Assembly: GCA_965224465.1 (NCBI GenBank)
Contig: OZ245049.1
Span: forward strand, 2,850,001 to 2,882,000
Direction: 5' to 3'
Length of the DNA: 32,000 bases
From: Flavobacteriaceae bacterium
GTDB lineage: Bacteria; Bacteroidota; Bacteroidia; Flavobacteriales; Flavobacteriaceae
Numbering within the stretch: position 1 is the first letter of the stretch; each line of letters begins with the position of its first letter. The notes below the pieces were generated by a model. The model was not told where the DNA came from. It was given only the letters and a program-made list of their open reading frames with translations, and ran no database searches. Shown here piece by piece: positions 19,377-27,581 of this stretch. The translations under genes were made by a program, and so were the position numbers.

Positions 19377-19530
19377 ATTCTGTTTGCAAACTAAATTTAT
19401 ACGTAAAGATACGCTTTTAATGCGATCCCTCTTTGTTTTTTACAAACGTATACTATTCTTGAATAGTATTACCTCAAGTCAAAAAATAAACCAAGTGCAC
19501 ACAAGCTTATTTCGTTCAAACCCTTTTATA

Positions 19531-19690
19531 CCAACTACAATCAAAAATAACCCATATGAATAGTTTAGTTCACATTCTAGCCTTGTTAAAAAACAAAACC
19601 ATAGCTATGCTATCCTTCCATTTTTCGCCTAACTAAAACAAAAGATAATTCCATTTCTAAACCGTCACTTAGAAATGTAATTGGTAGTAT
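19531..19690 (+). repeat. MITE-like repeat copy B (diverged, roughly 80% identical to copies C/D by eye)
   Basis: It runs from ccaactacaatcaaaaataaccc through ccgtcacttagaaatgtaattggtagtat and is collinear with the 161-bp unit over its full length. Its right end lies 6 nt from the alkB-like stop codon. Confidence 0.8.
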
Positions 19691-19696
19691 ACTCCA

Positions 19697-20305
19697 TCAA
19701 TCTTCCAAAACAATAGTTCGAAATGTTAAATTCACCCTTGGTTTACACGCTTTCTTTGTAGGCGGTAACCTATGCAACCAATGTTCTTGACATTTCCCTG
19801 CCATGACAAGCAAACTTCCCTTTTCTAAGACAAGAGATACCTTTTGTTTGGTCTCTTTATGTTTGAAGGCAAAGGTTCGTTCAGCACCAAAACTAAGAGA
19901 TGCAATAACGGGCTCATTTCCCAAAGCTGTTTCGGCATCGGAATGCCAAGCCATGCCTTCAGATCCATTGTGATAGAGATTTACCAAACAGGAATTAAAA
20001 CGGGTATTTAATTTAGATTCTACCAATTTTTTTAAAGCCAATAATTCACCAGTCCAAGGCAAGGCTTTTTTTGTGACATTGGAATAGGTATAAGAGAAAT
20101 CGACATCTCCGTACCAAGCAATTTTCCGTTTGGTAGTGATGATTTTACCAAAAACAATAACCTGATCAGGTTCCCAAGAAATACGTTCTAACAGTAGTTT
20201 AAAATAGCTTTCCGATGCTTTATATGACATCATACAGCCATAATAGCGGACTTCCCCATCCAACGGGAGAAGGTTCGGATGCGCTTCTGTATTAAATAAA
20301 TCCAT
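19697..20305 (-). CDS. alkB: AlkB-family Fe(II)/2-oxoglutarate-dependent dioxygenase
   Basis: The ORF-track start at 20359 is TTG. ATG at 20305 gives MDLFNTEAHPNLLPLDGEVRYYG, a typical AlkB N-terminus. Motifs: AWHSDAE (HxD), HWLHRLP (distal His), RVNLTFR. Confidence 0.88.
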   Translation of the reverse strand: MDLFNTEAHPNLLPLDGEVRYYGCMMSYKASESYFKLLLERISWEPDQVIVFGKIITTKRKIAWYGDVDFSYTYSNVTKKALPWTGELLALKKLVESKLNTRFNSCLVNLYHNGSEGMAWHSDAETALGNEPVIASLSFGAERTFAFKHKETKQKVSLVLEKGSLLVMAGKCQEHWLHRLPPTKKACKPRVNLTFRTIVLED

Positions 20306-20351
20306 ATTCTTTAAATCTAATTTTATCGCTATTAAATAACCGAACCTTGTT

Positions 20352-20714
20352 TTATTCAAACCCTATAATCAATCCAAACAACACAAAAGGAAGGAGCATA
20401 ACATGCGCTGTTTTTTTGAATAAAACCAACAACGATTGTGTTTGAAAATAATGATTATGGTTGCTGTAAAATCGGTATGCAAAAAAAACCATAATACTCG
20501 CAGCAATTAAAAACACAACCAAAGCAGTGTAAAGAATCGATTTCCGACACTCCACAGTAAAATCGTTCGGATGATAGTTTTGTTTTTGACAGCAGACATC
20601 ACAAGTTAAGGAGATATCCCTACCTAGATACATGGTCATTTCTCCTCTATCCGAATAGTTCATTGCACACACAATCTCAGATTTACATCTTTTACAACAG
20701 CAATACAATCTCAT
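20352..20714 (-). CDS. Hypothetical membrane protein with N-terminal Cys-rich zinc-ribbon-like segment (120 aa)
   Basis: ATG at 20714 overlaps the upstream stop (ATGA). CCCKRC ... CDVCC Cys clusters, then two hydrophobic helices (ILYTALVVFLIAASIMVFFAY and HVMLLPFVLFGLIIGF). Confidence 0.6.
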   Translation of the reverse strand: MRLYCCCKRCKSEIVCAMNYSDRGEMTMYLGRDISLTCDVCCQKQNYHPNDFTVECRKSILYTALVVFLIAASIMVFFAYRFYSNHNHYFQTQSLLVLFKKTAHVMLLPFVLFGLIIGFE

Positions 20715-20992
20715 AAAAACACATAAAATAAACCTATTAAAAACATCAGAATAACAGACACAATTAATATATTTCGCCTTTGCTCTTGCCCTATTTTGTT
20801 TCTGATTCTACTTTTTATCACTTCTAATTCTTCGGATGAAACAGCTACTTTAATTCGTTTTTTCGAGTCAGAACTTTTAAAATTCAGGGAACGATTATTT
20901 CCTTTAAATTTTAGTTTATTAGAAGTTTTTGCCGCACGGTTTTGCCGCATACGGTTGTTCATATCTGCTAAATGTCCTGCACCTCCACTCAT
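20711..20992 (-). CDS. Hypothetical small tail-anchored membrane protein (93 aa)
   Basis: ATG at 20992 lies 1 nt after the stop of the 363-aa ORF. The N-terminal two-thirds is basic and low-complexity. There is a single C-terminal TM helix (ILIVSVILMFLIGLFYVFL). Confidence 0.6.
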   Translation of the reverse strand: MSGGAGHLADMNNRMRQNRAAKTSNKLKFKGNNRSLNFKSSDSKKRIKVAVSSEELEVIKSRIRNKIGQEQRRNILIVSVILMFLIGLFYVFL

Positions 20993-20993
20993 T

Positions 20994-22085
20994 CTACACT
21001 GTTTTATCTGTTACAGGATCTCCACAACTCGCACAATACGGCAAATGCATAAAATTCTGTTCTCCACATTTCCTACAAGGCTTAAACAATTCTAGCCCAC
21101 AAAAACGACAAAAATTAGTCACCACACCATAAGTTGCATTTTGTTTTTTTCCACCAGAAGACTTGTCCCATTTTTTTACAATAAAATCCTTTCCACAAGA
21201 AGGACACATATGGCCGTCGAGTGCTTTTTCTGCAGTTTCGGTTTGTACTTTTTTTGCACGTTCTGTTGTCGGTGCTTTAAGTTCCTTTTTTTTACGCGCA
21301 ATAAAAGCTTTAATTTTATTAATGGCATATATTCCAAAGAGGACACACAAAATAATCCCTACAGTATATCTAATATACCCACCATAACTTGGTAAATACG
21401 GTACCAATCCAAAAAAGAAGGCATAAAAAGAGAAGAGTACAAAACCTAAAAACAGGGGCCAATACTTGTGTTTTCTGAACTTTACAATAAAGAAAATCCC
21501 AATTAATAAAATAGGTAAAATAAACAACAAGCGAATTAAAAACACTTTTAAATCATATTTTTGATTCGCCTTCGCCTGCAACGTATACGCACGATCACGC
21601 TCTTTACCAAGGCGAACATTCACTATTTCTATACTCTTTTCTAGCAGTTCTATTTCAGTATTTAAAACTCCCAATTCTTTTTTCCAGTCTTGTTCGGTTT
21701 TAAAAAACGCATCCAATTTATTTACCCGTAATAAGATGATCTTATCCTCTTTTGGAGACCCAATTGTCTTGCGTGCAGCCAACCAATTATCATAGGATTT
21801 TTTGGCATTTATATAATTACTTTTAGCAATATCAATGGTATTAATAAGTCGTTTTTTTTGCTCATTTTTCGAATCGATCTTGACATTAATTTCAGCAATA
21901 ACCTTATTCTCTTTCGCAATTAAATCAACATTTTCAAAAGTCTCCAACTGGGGTCTTTCTTTCCAATCCTCCACGTCATCCATTAATTTTGCAGAGAGGG
22001 ATATTAGAAAACCACAGAGCACTATGGCTATAAAATAGTTTATAAATTTAGATGTTTTTTCTAATTTCTTATTATTGAATTCCAT
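20994..22085 (-). CDS. Hypothetical multi-pass membrane protein with coiled-coil ectodomain and C-terminal double zinc ribbon (363 aa)
   Basis: ATG at 22085. TM helix at about aa 15-32, a charged heptad-rich segment at about aa 55-175, and three hydrophobic helices at about aa 181-256. A Lys-rich linker is followed by four CxxC knuckles (CPSC, CRFC, CRKC, CASC). Confidence 0.7.
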   Translation of the reverse strand: MEFNNKKLEKTSKFINYFIAIVLCGFLISLSAKLMDDVEDWKERPQLETFENVDLIAKENKVIAEINVKIDSKNEQKKRLINTIDIAKSNYINAKKSYDNWLAARKTIGSPKEDKIILLRVNKLDAFFKTEQDWKKELGVLNTEIELLEKSIEIVNVRLGKERDRAYTLQAKANQKYDLKVFLIRLLFILPILLIGIFFIVKFRKHKYWPLFLGFVLFSFYAFFFGLVPYLPSYGGYIRYTVGIILCVLFGIYAINKIKAFIARKKKELKAPTTERAKKVQTETAEKALDGHMCPSCGKDFIVKKWDKSSGGKKQNATYGVVTNFCRFCGLELFKPCRKCGEQNFMHLPYCASCGDPVTDKTV

Positions 22086-22120
22086 AAAGTATTATTAATT
22101 TGAAGACTAATGTACAACAT

Positions 22121-22160
22121 AAAAAACGGATGATAAAGCAACGCTCATCATCCGTTTTTT
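22121..22160 (-). terminator. Rho-independent (bidirectional-looking) terminator after glyQS
   Basis: cggatgat (22127-22134) pairs with atcatccg (22147-22154) around a 12-nt loop. It is flanked by A6 on the left and T6 on the right, and lies between the glyQS stop (22185) and the next gene's start (22085). Confidence 0.8.
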
Positions 22161-22184
22161 AAAAATTTTATAAACTGTATTGAC

Positions 22185-23726
22185 TTACATTTTCATCAAC
22201 CAATTACGCGCATCTACTTCTTCTTTAATAATGCGACTCAGTTCTGTAATTTTCACACGTTCTTGCTCCATCGTATCGCGTTGGCGAATGGTCACACAAT
22301 CATCTTTCAATGTATCGTGATCTACGGTAATACAGAAAGGTGTCCCCAAGGCGTCTTGACGGCGGTAACGACGCCCAACAGCATCTTTTTCGTCATAAAT
22401 TACATTAAAGTCCCACTTTAACTCTTCCATTATTTTACGAGCCACTTCTGGCAATCCGTCTTTCTTTACCAATGGAAATATTGCTGCCTTATAAGGAGCC
22501 AATACTGATGGTAATTTTAACACTGTTCTTGTGGTACCATTTTCCAATGCTTCTTCTTGCAAAGAATGGGCGAACACTGCCAAGAACATACGGTCCAATC
22601 CAAGAGAAGTTTCCACTACATAAGGCACGTAGTTTTTATTTTCTTCATGATCAAAATACTGTAATTTTTTTCCAGAAGCAGATTCATGAGCTTTCAAGTC
22701 AAAATCTGTACGGGAATGAATTCCTTCTAATTCTTTAAATCCAAACGGGAATTTAAATTCAATATCTGATGCAGCATCTGCATAATGCGCTAATTTTTCA
22801 TGGTCGTGAAAGCGGTAATTATCAGCGCCCATCCCTAAAGATTTATGCCATTTTATACGGTTTTCTTTCCATTTTTCATACCATTCTTTTTGAGTACCCG
22901 GTTTTACGAAAAATTGCATTTCCATTTGTTCAAACTCACGCATTCTAAAAATAAACTGTCTCGCAACAATTTCGTTTCTAAATGCTTTTCCTGTTTGGGC
23001 AATTCCAAACGGAATTTTCATACGTCCTGTTTTTTGAACATTCAAGAAATTAACAAAAATTCCTTGCGCAGTTTCTGGACGTAAATACAAATCCATAGCT
23101 GTATCTGCACTGGCACCTAATTTGGTTCCAAACATTAAGTTAAATTGCTTTACATCTGTCCAGTTTCTACTTCCAGACAATGGGCAAGCAATTTCTAATT
23201 CTTCTATCAATGCTTTTACATCCTCTAGGTCTTCTTTTTCCAAAGACTGTCCCATGCGTTGTAAAATAGCAGTTCCTTTTTCTTTGTATTGTAACACGCG
23301 AGGATTGGTCGCTATAAATTGTTCTTTATCAAAAGAGTCTCCAAAGCGTTTGGCTGCTTTTTTTACCTCTTTTTCTATTTTCGCATCGTATTTAGCCACA
23401 TAATCTTCGATCAAAACATCGGCACGGTATCTTTTCTTCGAATCTTTATTATCAATCAAGGGATCATTAAACGCATCTACGTGACCAGATGCTTTCCATG
23501 TCTTTGGATGCATAAAAATGGCTGCATCTAACCCCACAATATTTTCGTTCATTTGAACCATGGCTTTCCACCAGTATTCACGAATGTTTTTCTTTAACTC
23601 TACTCCGTTTTGTGCGTAGTCATAAACTGCACTTAAACCATCATAAATTTCACTTGATTGGAATACAAATCCATACTCCTTTGCATGTGAAATTACTTTC
23701 TTAAATTTATCTTCTTGTTTTGCCAT
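22185..23726 (-). CDS. glyQS: Glycine--tRNA ligase (alpha2-type class II)
   Basis: 513 aa with ATG at 23726. Motifs: FRNEIVARQFIFRMREFEQMEMQFF, VVETSLGLDRMFLAV, and a C-terminal anticodon-binding domain (AIFPLVKKDG...GRRYRRQDALGTPFCITVD). Confidence 0.95.
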   Translation of the reverse strand: MAKQEDKFKKVISHAKEYGFVFQSSEIYDGLSAVYDYAQNGVELKKNIREYWWKAMVQMNENIVGLDAAIFMHPKTWKASGHVDAFNDPLIDNKDSKKRYRADVLIEDYVAKYDAKIEKEVKKAAKRFGDSFDKEQFIATNPRVLQYKEKGTAILQRMGQSLEKEDLEDVKALIEELEIACPLSGSRNWTDVKQFNLMFGTKLGASADTAMDLYLRPETAQGIFVNFLNVQKTGRMKIPFGIAQTGKAFRNEIVARQFIFRMREFEQMEMQFFVKPGTQKEWYEKWKENRIKWHKSLGMGADNYRFHDHEKLAHYADAASDIEFKFPFGFKELEGIHSRTDFDLKAHESASGKKLQYFDHEENKNYVPYVVETSLGLDRMFLAVFAHSLQEEALENGTTRTVLKLPSVLAPYKAAIFPLVKKDGLPEVARKIMEELKWDFNVIYDEKDAVGRRYRRQDALGTPFCITVDHDTLKDDCVTIRQRDTMEQERVKITELSRIIKEEVDARNWLMKM

Positions 23727-23937
23727 GCAGCAAAAATAAATATTTTATGAGAATAAGTCTTTATTTGTATCAATAATTAGTCTTTTGATTTGTTTTAAAT
23801 GATAAAAAACCGAAAAACCTATCAAATATATGATATAATACCAAGTATTATTTCATATAAATACTATAAAACGAGTCTTCTCCCCACGCAAAAGGGCTTT
23901 TTTTGATACTTAAAACATCTCGAAATAGACCCTTATA

Positions 23938-24098
23938 CCAACTACAATCCAAAACGACCGATATAAATAGTTTATTTTACGTTATAGCCTTGTTAAAAAA
24001 TAGAACGATAACGAAAGCTATCCTTCTATTTTTCGCCTAGCTAAAACAAAAAATAATTCTATTTCTTAACCGTCACTTGGAAATGTAATTGGGATGAT
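23938..24098 (+). repeat. MITE-like repeat copy C (161 bp)
   Basis: Differs from copy D at 3 of 161 positions (hand alignment). The termini ccaactacaatcc and ggaaatgtaattggg are imperfect inverted repeats. Confidence 0.9.
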
Positions 24099-24099
24099 C

Positions 24100-24260
24100 C
24101 CAACTACAATCCAAAACAACCGATATAAATAGTTTATTTTACGTTATAGCCTTGTTAAAAAATAGAACGATAACGAAGGCTATCCTTCCATTTTTCGCCT
24201 AGCTAAAACAAAAAATAATTCTATTTCTTAACCGTCACTTGGAAATGTAATTGGGATGAT
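24100..24260 (+). repeat. MITE-like repeat copy D (161 bp), head-to-tail with copy C
   Basis: Separated from copy C by a single C at 24099. Same orientation and same length. Confidence 0.9.
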
Positions 24261-24271
24261 TAATTTATGCG

Positions 24272-24311
24272 CATAAAAAAAAGGGAGACCTGCCAAAGCA
24301 AATCCCCCTTT
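24272..24311 (-). terminator. Rho-independent terminator after the 297-aa gene
   Basis: On the minus strand, aaggggga ... tctccctt forms the stem (one mismatch) and is followed by a T8-9 run (plus-strand A-run at 24273-24282). It begins ~15 nt after the stop at 24326. Confidence 0.7.
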
Positions 24312-24325
24312 TATCAACAATTAAC

Positions 24326-25219
24326 TTATTTTAACGTAATATTTGAAGCACCCACAAAACGGTTGTCCAAATATACATTTACAGTATAGCTTCCTTTTAC
24401 CATTGATTTACTGTCTAGTTCCACCAGTGAAATAACATCCACATTGGAGTTACTATACTCAATAATCGTACGATCGCTATAACCAACTTCGTTCCCATCA
24501 TCAAAAGTAACAGTTCCTTTTTTTGCTAACACTGCGCCTTTAGAATCTAAAATCTGAATCAAAGCAGTACGCTCACCTGCTGCTGCAATATCATTTTGAG
24601 CCACTCTAAATCTAATACGAAATGCATCAGTTCTTCTAGCACGAGTCGTTTCTTTTAGCTGTCCATTATTACGTTCACGCATAGAAATAACGTTGATACC
24701 ATTCACTCTTAACACAGATCCTTTACTCACCGTGTTTAACAACTCATTATTCTGAGTAGCTAAGCTATCGTTTTGTACTGTTTTTTCTAAAACCTGATTG
24801 ATTACAACACCTAAACTATCCGTTAACATGGTGTTCTCTGCAGATAATTCCACCACTTTCTCAGACAATCGATCATAAGAAGCACGCATCTTAGCGATTT
24901 CTCTTCTGTATTTACGAATTAAACTATAATTCGTTTTCCCTAATTTTTTAATAGACGCTTGAAAGGCCACAATACGATCTCTTTCTGAGCGTAACTCGTC
25001 AGTAACTTCTGTGTTTTGTGCGATGGCTTCATCGTACTTTAACACCATTTTTTTCAAATCCTCTTGAATTTCAACTTTTTCTTCTTTAATAGCTGAAGTT
25101 AATTTTTGATGTTCTCCATTGCTATAAAAGATATAGCCTAATGCCGCAATTAGAAGAATGGCAAGAACAATAAGAATTGATTTGTTTGATTTGCTTGGTT
25201 TGTTTTCTGTTGTACTCAT
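24326..25219 (-). CDS. Hypothetical membrane-anchored coiled-coil protein (297 aa)
   Basis: ATG at 25219. N-terminal TM helix (ILIVLAILLIAALGYIFY), ~130 aa of heptad-rich sequence, and a beta-rich C-terminal domain. No family recognised. Confidence 0.7.
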   Translation of the reverse strand: MSTTENKPSKSNKSILIVLAILLIAALGYIFYSNGEHQKLTSAIKEEKVEIQEDLKKMVLKYDEAIAQNTEVTDELRSERDRIVAFQASIKKLGKTNYSLIRKYRREIAKMRASYDRLSEKVVELSAENTMLTDSLGVVINQVLEKTVQNDSLATQNNELLNTVSKGSVLRVNGINVISMRERNNGQLKETTRARRTDAFRIRFRVAQNDIAAAGERTALIQILDSKGAVLAKKGTVTFDDGNEVGYSDRTIIEYSNSNVDVISLVELDSKSMVKGSYTVNVYLDNRFVGASNITLK

Positions 25220-25277
25220 ATGTAAATAATTAATTAAACCTAATTGAACGAGTAATTTGAACGTTTAGCACAGTTAA

Positions 25278-25841
25278 TTATTGCACTTTTTTACAAAAAT
25301 AAACAAACGCAGGAGGTATATTTAAGGTGACAAACTGAATTTTAACATGTTCTCCAAATACTCTTTTTAAATCTTTCTTATTTTGAAGACTGTATTGGTA
25401 CTGAATTAATGCTCCCTCTTCTCTTAATATATCATACGAATGTTTGAGAATACGTACCGAAACTTCGGGAGGCATAATCGCAAGTGGAAGACTAGAGATA
25501 ACACAATCTACTTGCGAAAAACCATGTTTTTGAATCACCTCTTTAACTTCAGCAGCAGATGTTTTTACCAAGGTCAATTGAGGATGTTTATACCCTGATA
25601 AATGTTGGTAAAACAATTCGTTAATTTCAAAACAAAACAACCGTGCATCTGGATGCATTCTCTTTAAAATTTCTCGTGTAATTATTCCGCTGCCTGGACC
25701 ATATTCTACCAGCACTCTTGCGCTCTCAAAATCAACCCCTTTCAACATTCGTTTGACTAAATATTTAGAACTGGGCAACACGGTTCCTGAGGTCTTAATG
25801 TTTTTAAGAGCTTCCTTAAAAAAAGTAATTTTATTTTTCAA
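25278..25841 (-). CDS. Class I SAM-dependent methyltransferase (COG3963-like)
   Basis: 187 aa. Motifs: TSGTVLPSSKYLVKRM followed by VLVEYGPGSGIIT (motif I, GxGxG). The start codon at 25841 is TTG and there is no nearby in-frame ATG. Confidence 0.75.
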   Translation of the reverse strand: MKNKITFFKEALKNIKTSGTVLPSSKYLVKRMLKGVDFESARVLVEYGPGSGIITREILKRMHPDARLFCFEINELFYQHLSGYKHPQLTLVKTSAAEVKEVIQKHGFSQVDCVISSLPLAIMPPEVSVRILKHSYDILREEGALIQYQYSLQNKKDLKRVFGEHVKIQFVTLNIPPAFVYFCKKVQ

Positions 25842-25892
25842 TGAAATAGCATTTATATTTTTCGTAAATTTCTTTCACAAAGTAGAATATTT

Positions 25893-26582
25893 ATGCAGTT
25901 TCTAAAAGATATATTTTATATTTTTTTTCCAAACTATTGTTTGGGCTGTGACACGATGCTTCAAACAAACGAGCTACACCTATGCACTTACTGTCGACAC
26001 AACCTAGCTTTGACCTATTTTACCGATGAAAAAAACAACCATTTAGAACGTTCTTTTTTGGGGCGTATTAAAATAAAAGAAGCAACCGCACTTTTCTTTT
26101 TTGAAAAACAACACATAGCCCAAGAGTTAATCCATTTATTAAAATACAAAAACCAACAACAAATAGGTGTTTTTTTTGGCGATTGGATGGGAAATGAATT
26201 AAAAAAAAGCCATCGTTTTAAACATATAGATTGTATTGTTCCAGTGCCCCTGCACCGAAATAAAATGCGAATTAGAGGCTTTAATCAATTGGATAAATTT
26301 GGCGATCGAATAAGCCACCACCTTGAGGTGCCTTATCTCAAAAATGTATTGATAAAAACAACACGAAGCAACAGCCAAACACAAAAAGGAAGATTTGCCC
26401 GAGTCAAAAACACACAAGAAATTTTCACTACCCAACAAGAATACATATTAAAAAACAAACACGTATTACTAATAGACGATGTGATTACCACGGGCGCTAC
26501 CATAGAAGCCTGTTATGCAGCACTCGTACAAATAAAGGGCATAACAATAAGCATAGCGACGATGACTTGCTCTAAATTTTAA
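25893..26582 (+). CDS. comF: ComF-family protein (phosphoribosyltransferase domain)
   Basis: 229 aa. N-terminal Cys pairs (CLGCDTML...CTYCRH). PRT motif VLLIDDVITTGATIEAC. Confidence 0.85.
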   Translation: MQFLKDIFYIFFPNYCLGCDTMLQTNELHLCTYCRHNLALTYFTDEKNNHLERSFLGRIKIKEATALFFFEKQHIAQELIHLLKYKNQQQIGVFFGDWMGNELKKSHRFKHIDCIVPVPLHRNKMRIRGFNQLDKFGDRISHHLEVPYLKNVLIKTTRSNSQTQKGRFARVKNTQEIFTTQQEYILKNKHVLLIDDVITTGATIEACYAALVQIKGITISIATMTCSKF

Positions 26583-27079
26583 TTGTTTTTAGGATCTGTA
26601 ATTGTTAAAAAATCAGGAAATAATGTAGGTGCTAAATCCTGAATTGGCTGATAGAGGATAGAAGATTCCGTTGTTTCTTTAGATACAAACGGCAAAGAAC
26701 TATTGAGTTTATTAAAGATGATTAATGCAATGCTTAAAATCAAGCCCGTTTTTAAAGCTCCAAACACGCCTCCTAAAATAGAATTAACAATACCTAAGGC
26801 AGCGAAATCTGCAATTTTCGTGAAAATTTTCCCCAACAAAGCAATCACAAAAACTATGACAGCAAAGGTAATAGCAAAAGAAACAATGGTAATATACCGT
26901 TCTTCCCAAGAAACATGATCGGTTAAATAATTGGCTACAAAATAAGAAAAGTGGATTGCACCATACACACCCGCAATCAAAGAAATCAAGGAAGCAACCT
27001 CCACAAATAGCCCTTTCATTAAACCTCTCACAAATCCAAAAATCAACAGTACTGCCACTATAATATCAATCGTATTCAT
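26579..27079 (-). CDS. cvpA: CvpA-family membrane protein
   Basis: The ORF-track start at 27130 is TTG. ATG at 27079 gives MNTIDIIVAVLLIFGFVRGLMKGLFVEV, a typical CvpA N-terminus. Four hydrophobic helices. Its stop codon overlaps the comF stop (ttaa at 26579-26582). Confidence 0.82.
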   Translation of the reverse strand: MNTIDIIVAVLLIFGFVRGLMKGLFVEVASLISLIAGVYGAIHFSYFVANYLTDHVSWEERYITIVSFAITFAVIVFVIALLGKIFTKIADFAALGIVNSILGGVFGALKTGLILSIALIIFNKLNSSLPFVSKETTESSILYQPIQDLAPTLFPDFLTITDPKNN

Positions 27080-27091
27080 GAAACCTTTTTT

Positions 27092-27126
27092 TTTGTAAAT
27101 ATACATTTTTTTAGTTTGTATCTTTG
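27092..27126 (+). promoter_or_regulatory. Candidate Bacteroidota-type promoter (-33 TTTG / -7 TAnnTTTG) for the 116-aa gene
   Basis: TTTG at 27092-27095 and TATCTTTG at 27119-27126, 21 nt upstream of the ATG at 27147, in the divergent cvpA intergenic region. The spacing is slightly longer than I recall for the consensus. Confidence 0.3.
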
Positions 27127-27146
27127 CCAAAAAAAATTCAACAATT

Positions 27147-27497
27147 ATGTCAAGAGATAATCAATTAAGGGAGGATTGGAAAACGTTGGTAAAGGACTTA
27201 TCAGATCGTTTTAGTGATGGAGACGCACTTAACATGGATGCAATAATATATTTAATTGGAATTCAAGAATTAGGTCAAGGAAAGCGAGACTATAGCAAAG
27301 ATGATAAAGTAAATTTAATGCATATAGCCATTTGTAGACTACTAGAACCTTTTGGCTATTATGAATTTGATTTTTTTGACGCTGACAACTGGCCACATTA
27401 TAAAATCTTAAAAGAATTACCCGCTTTAAAAGCAGGAGAACAATCTGTATTGATGAAAGAAGCTATTGTTAGTTACTTTAAAAAGGAGGAAGTTTAA
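27147..27497 (+). CDS. Hypothetical conserved protein (116 aa)
   Basis: ATG at 27147, clean ORF, no motif recognised. Confidence 0.6.
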   Translation: MSRDNQLREDWKTLVKDLSDRFSDGDALNMDAIIYLIGIQELGQGKRDYSKDDKVNLMHIAICRLLEPFGYYEFDFFDADNWPHYKILKELPALKAGEQSVLMKEAIVSYFKKEEV

Positions 27498-27581
27498 AAC
27501 AATTCCCTTGCCTAGACAACCCCCTTAGACTGTACTCACAATGGGTGAGAGCAGTGAGAAATACCGAATTTGCGCCGTTCT

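Noticed and set aside
20796-22038. Plus-strand ORFs (20796-21095, 20929-21132, 21141-21395, 21163-21387, 21835-22038)
   Set aside because: All are antisense to the tightly packed minus-strand cluster, overlap one another and are F/L/S-rich. They are shadow ORFs.
23938-24260. Tandem repeat considered as a possible CRISPR array
   Set aside because: There are only two units, each 161 bp, and they abut with a 1-nt junction and no spacers. No cas genes are present, and the same unit occurs dispersed as single copies with terminal inverted repeats.
26579-26582. Convergent comF and cvpA stop codons overlapping in the palindrome ttaa
   Set aside because: The overlap is real, but it is a common consequence of compact gene packing and has no evident regulatory meaning.
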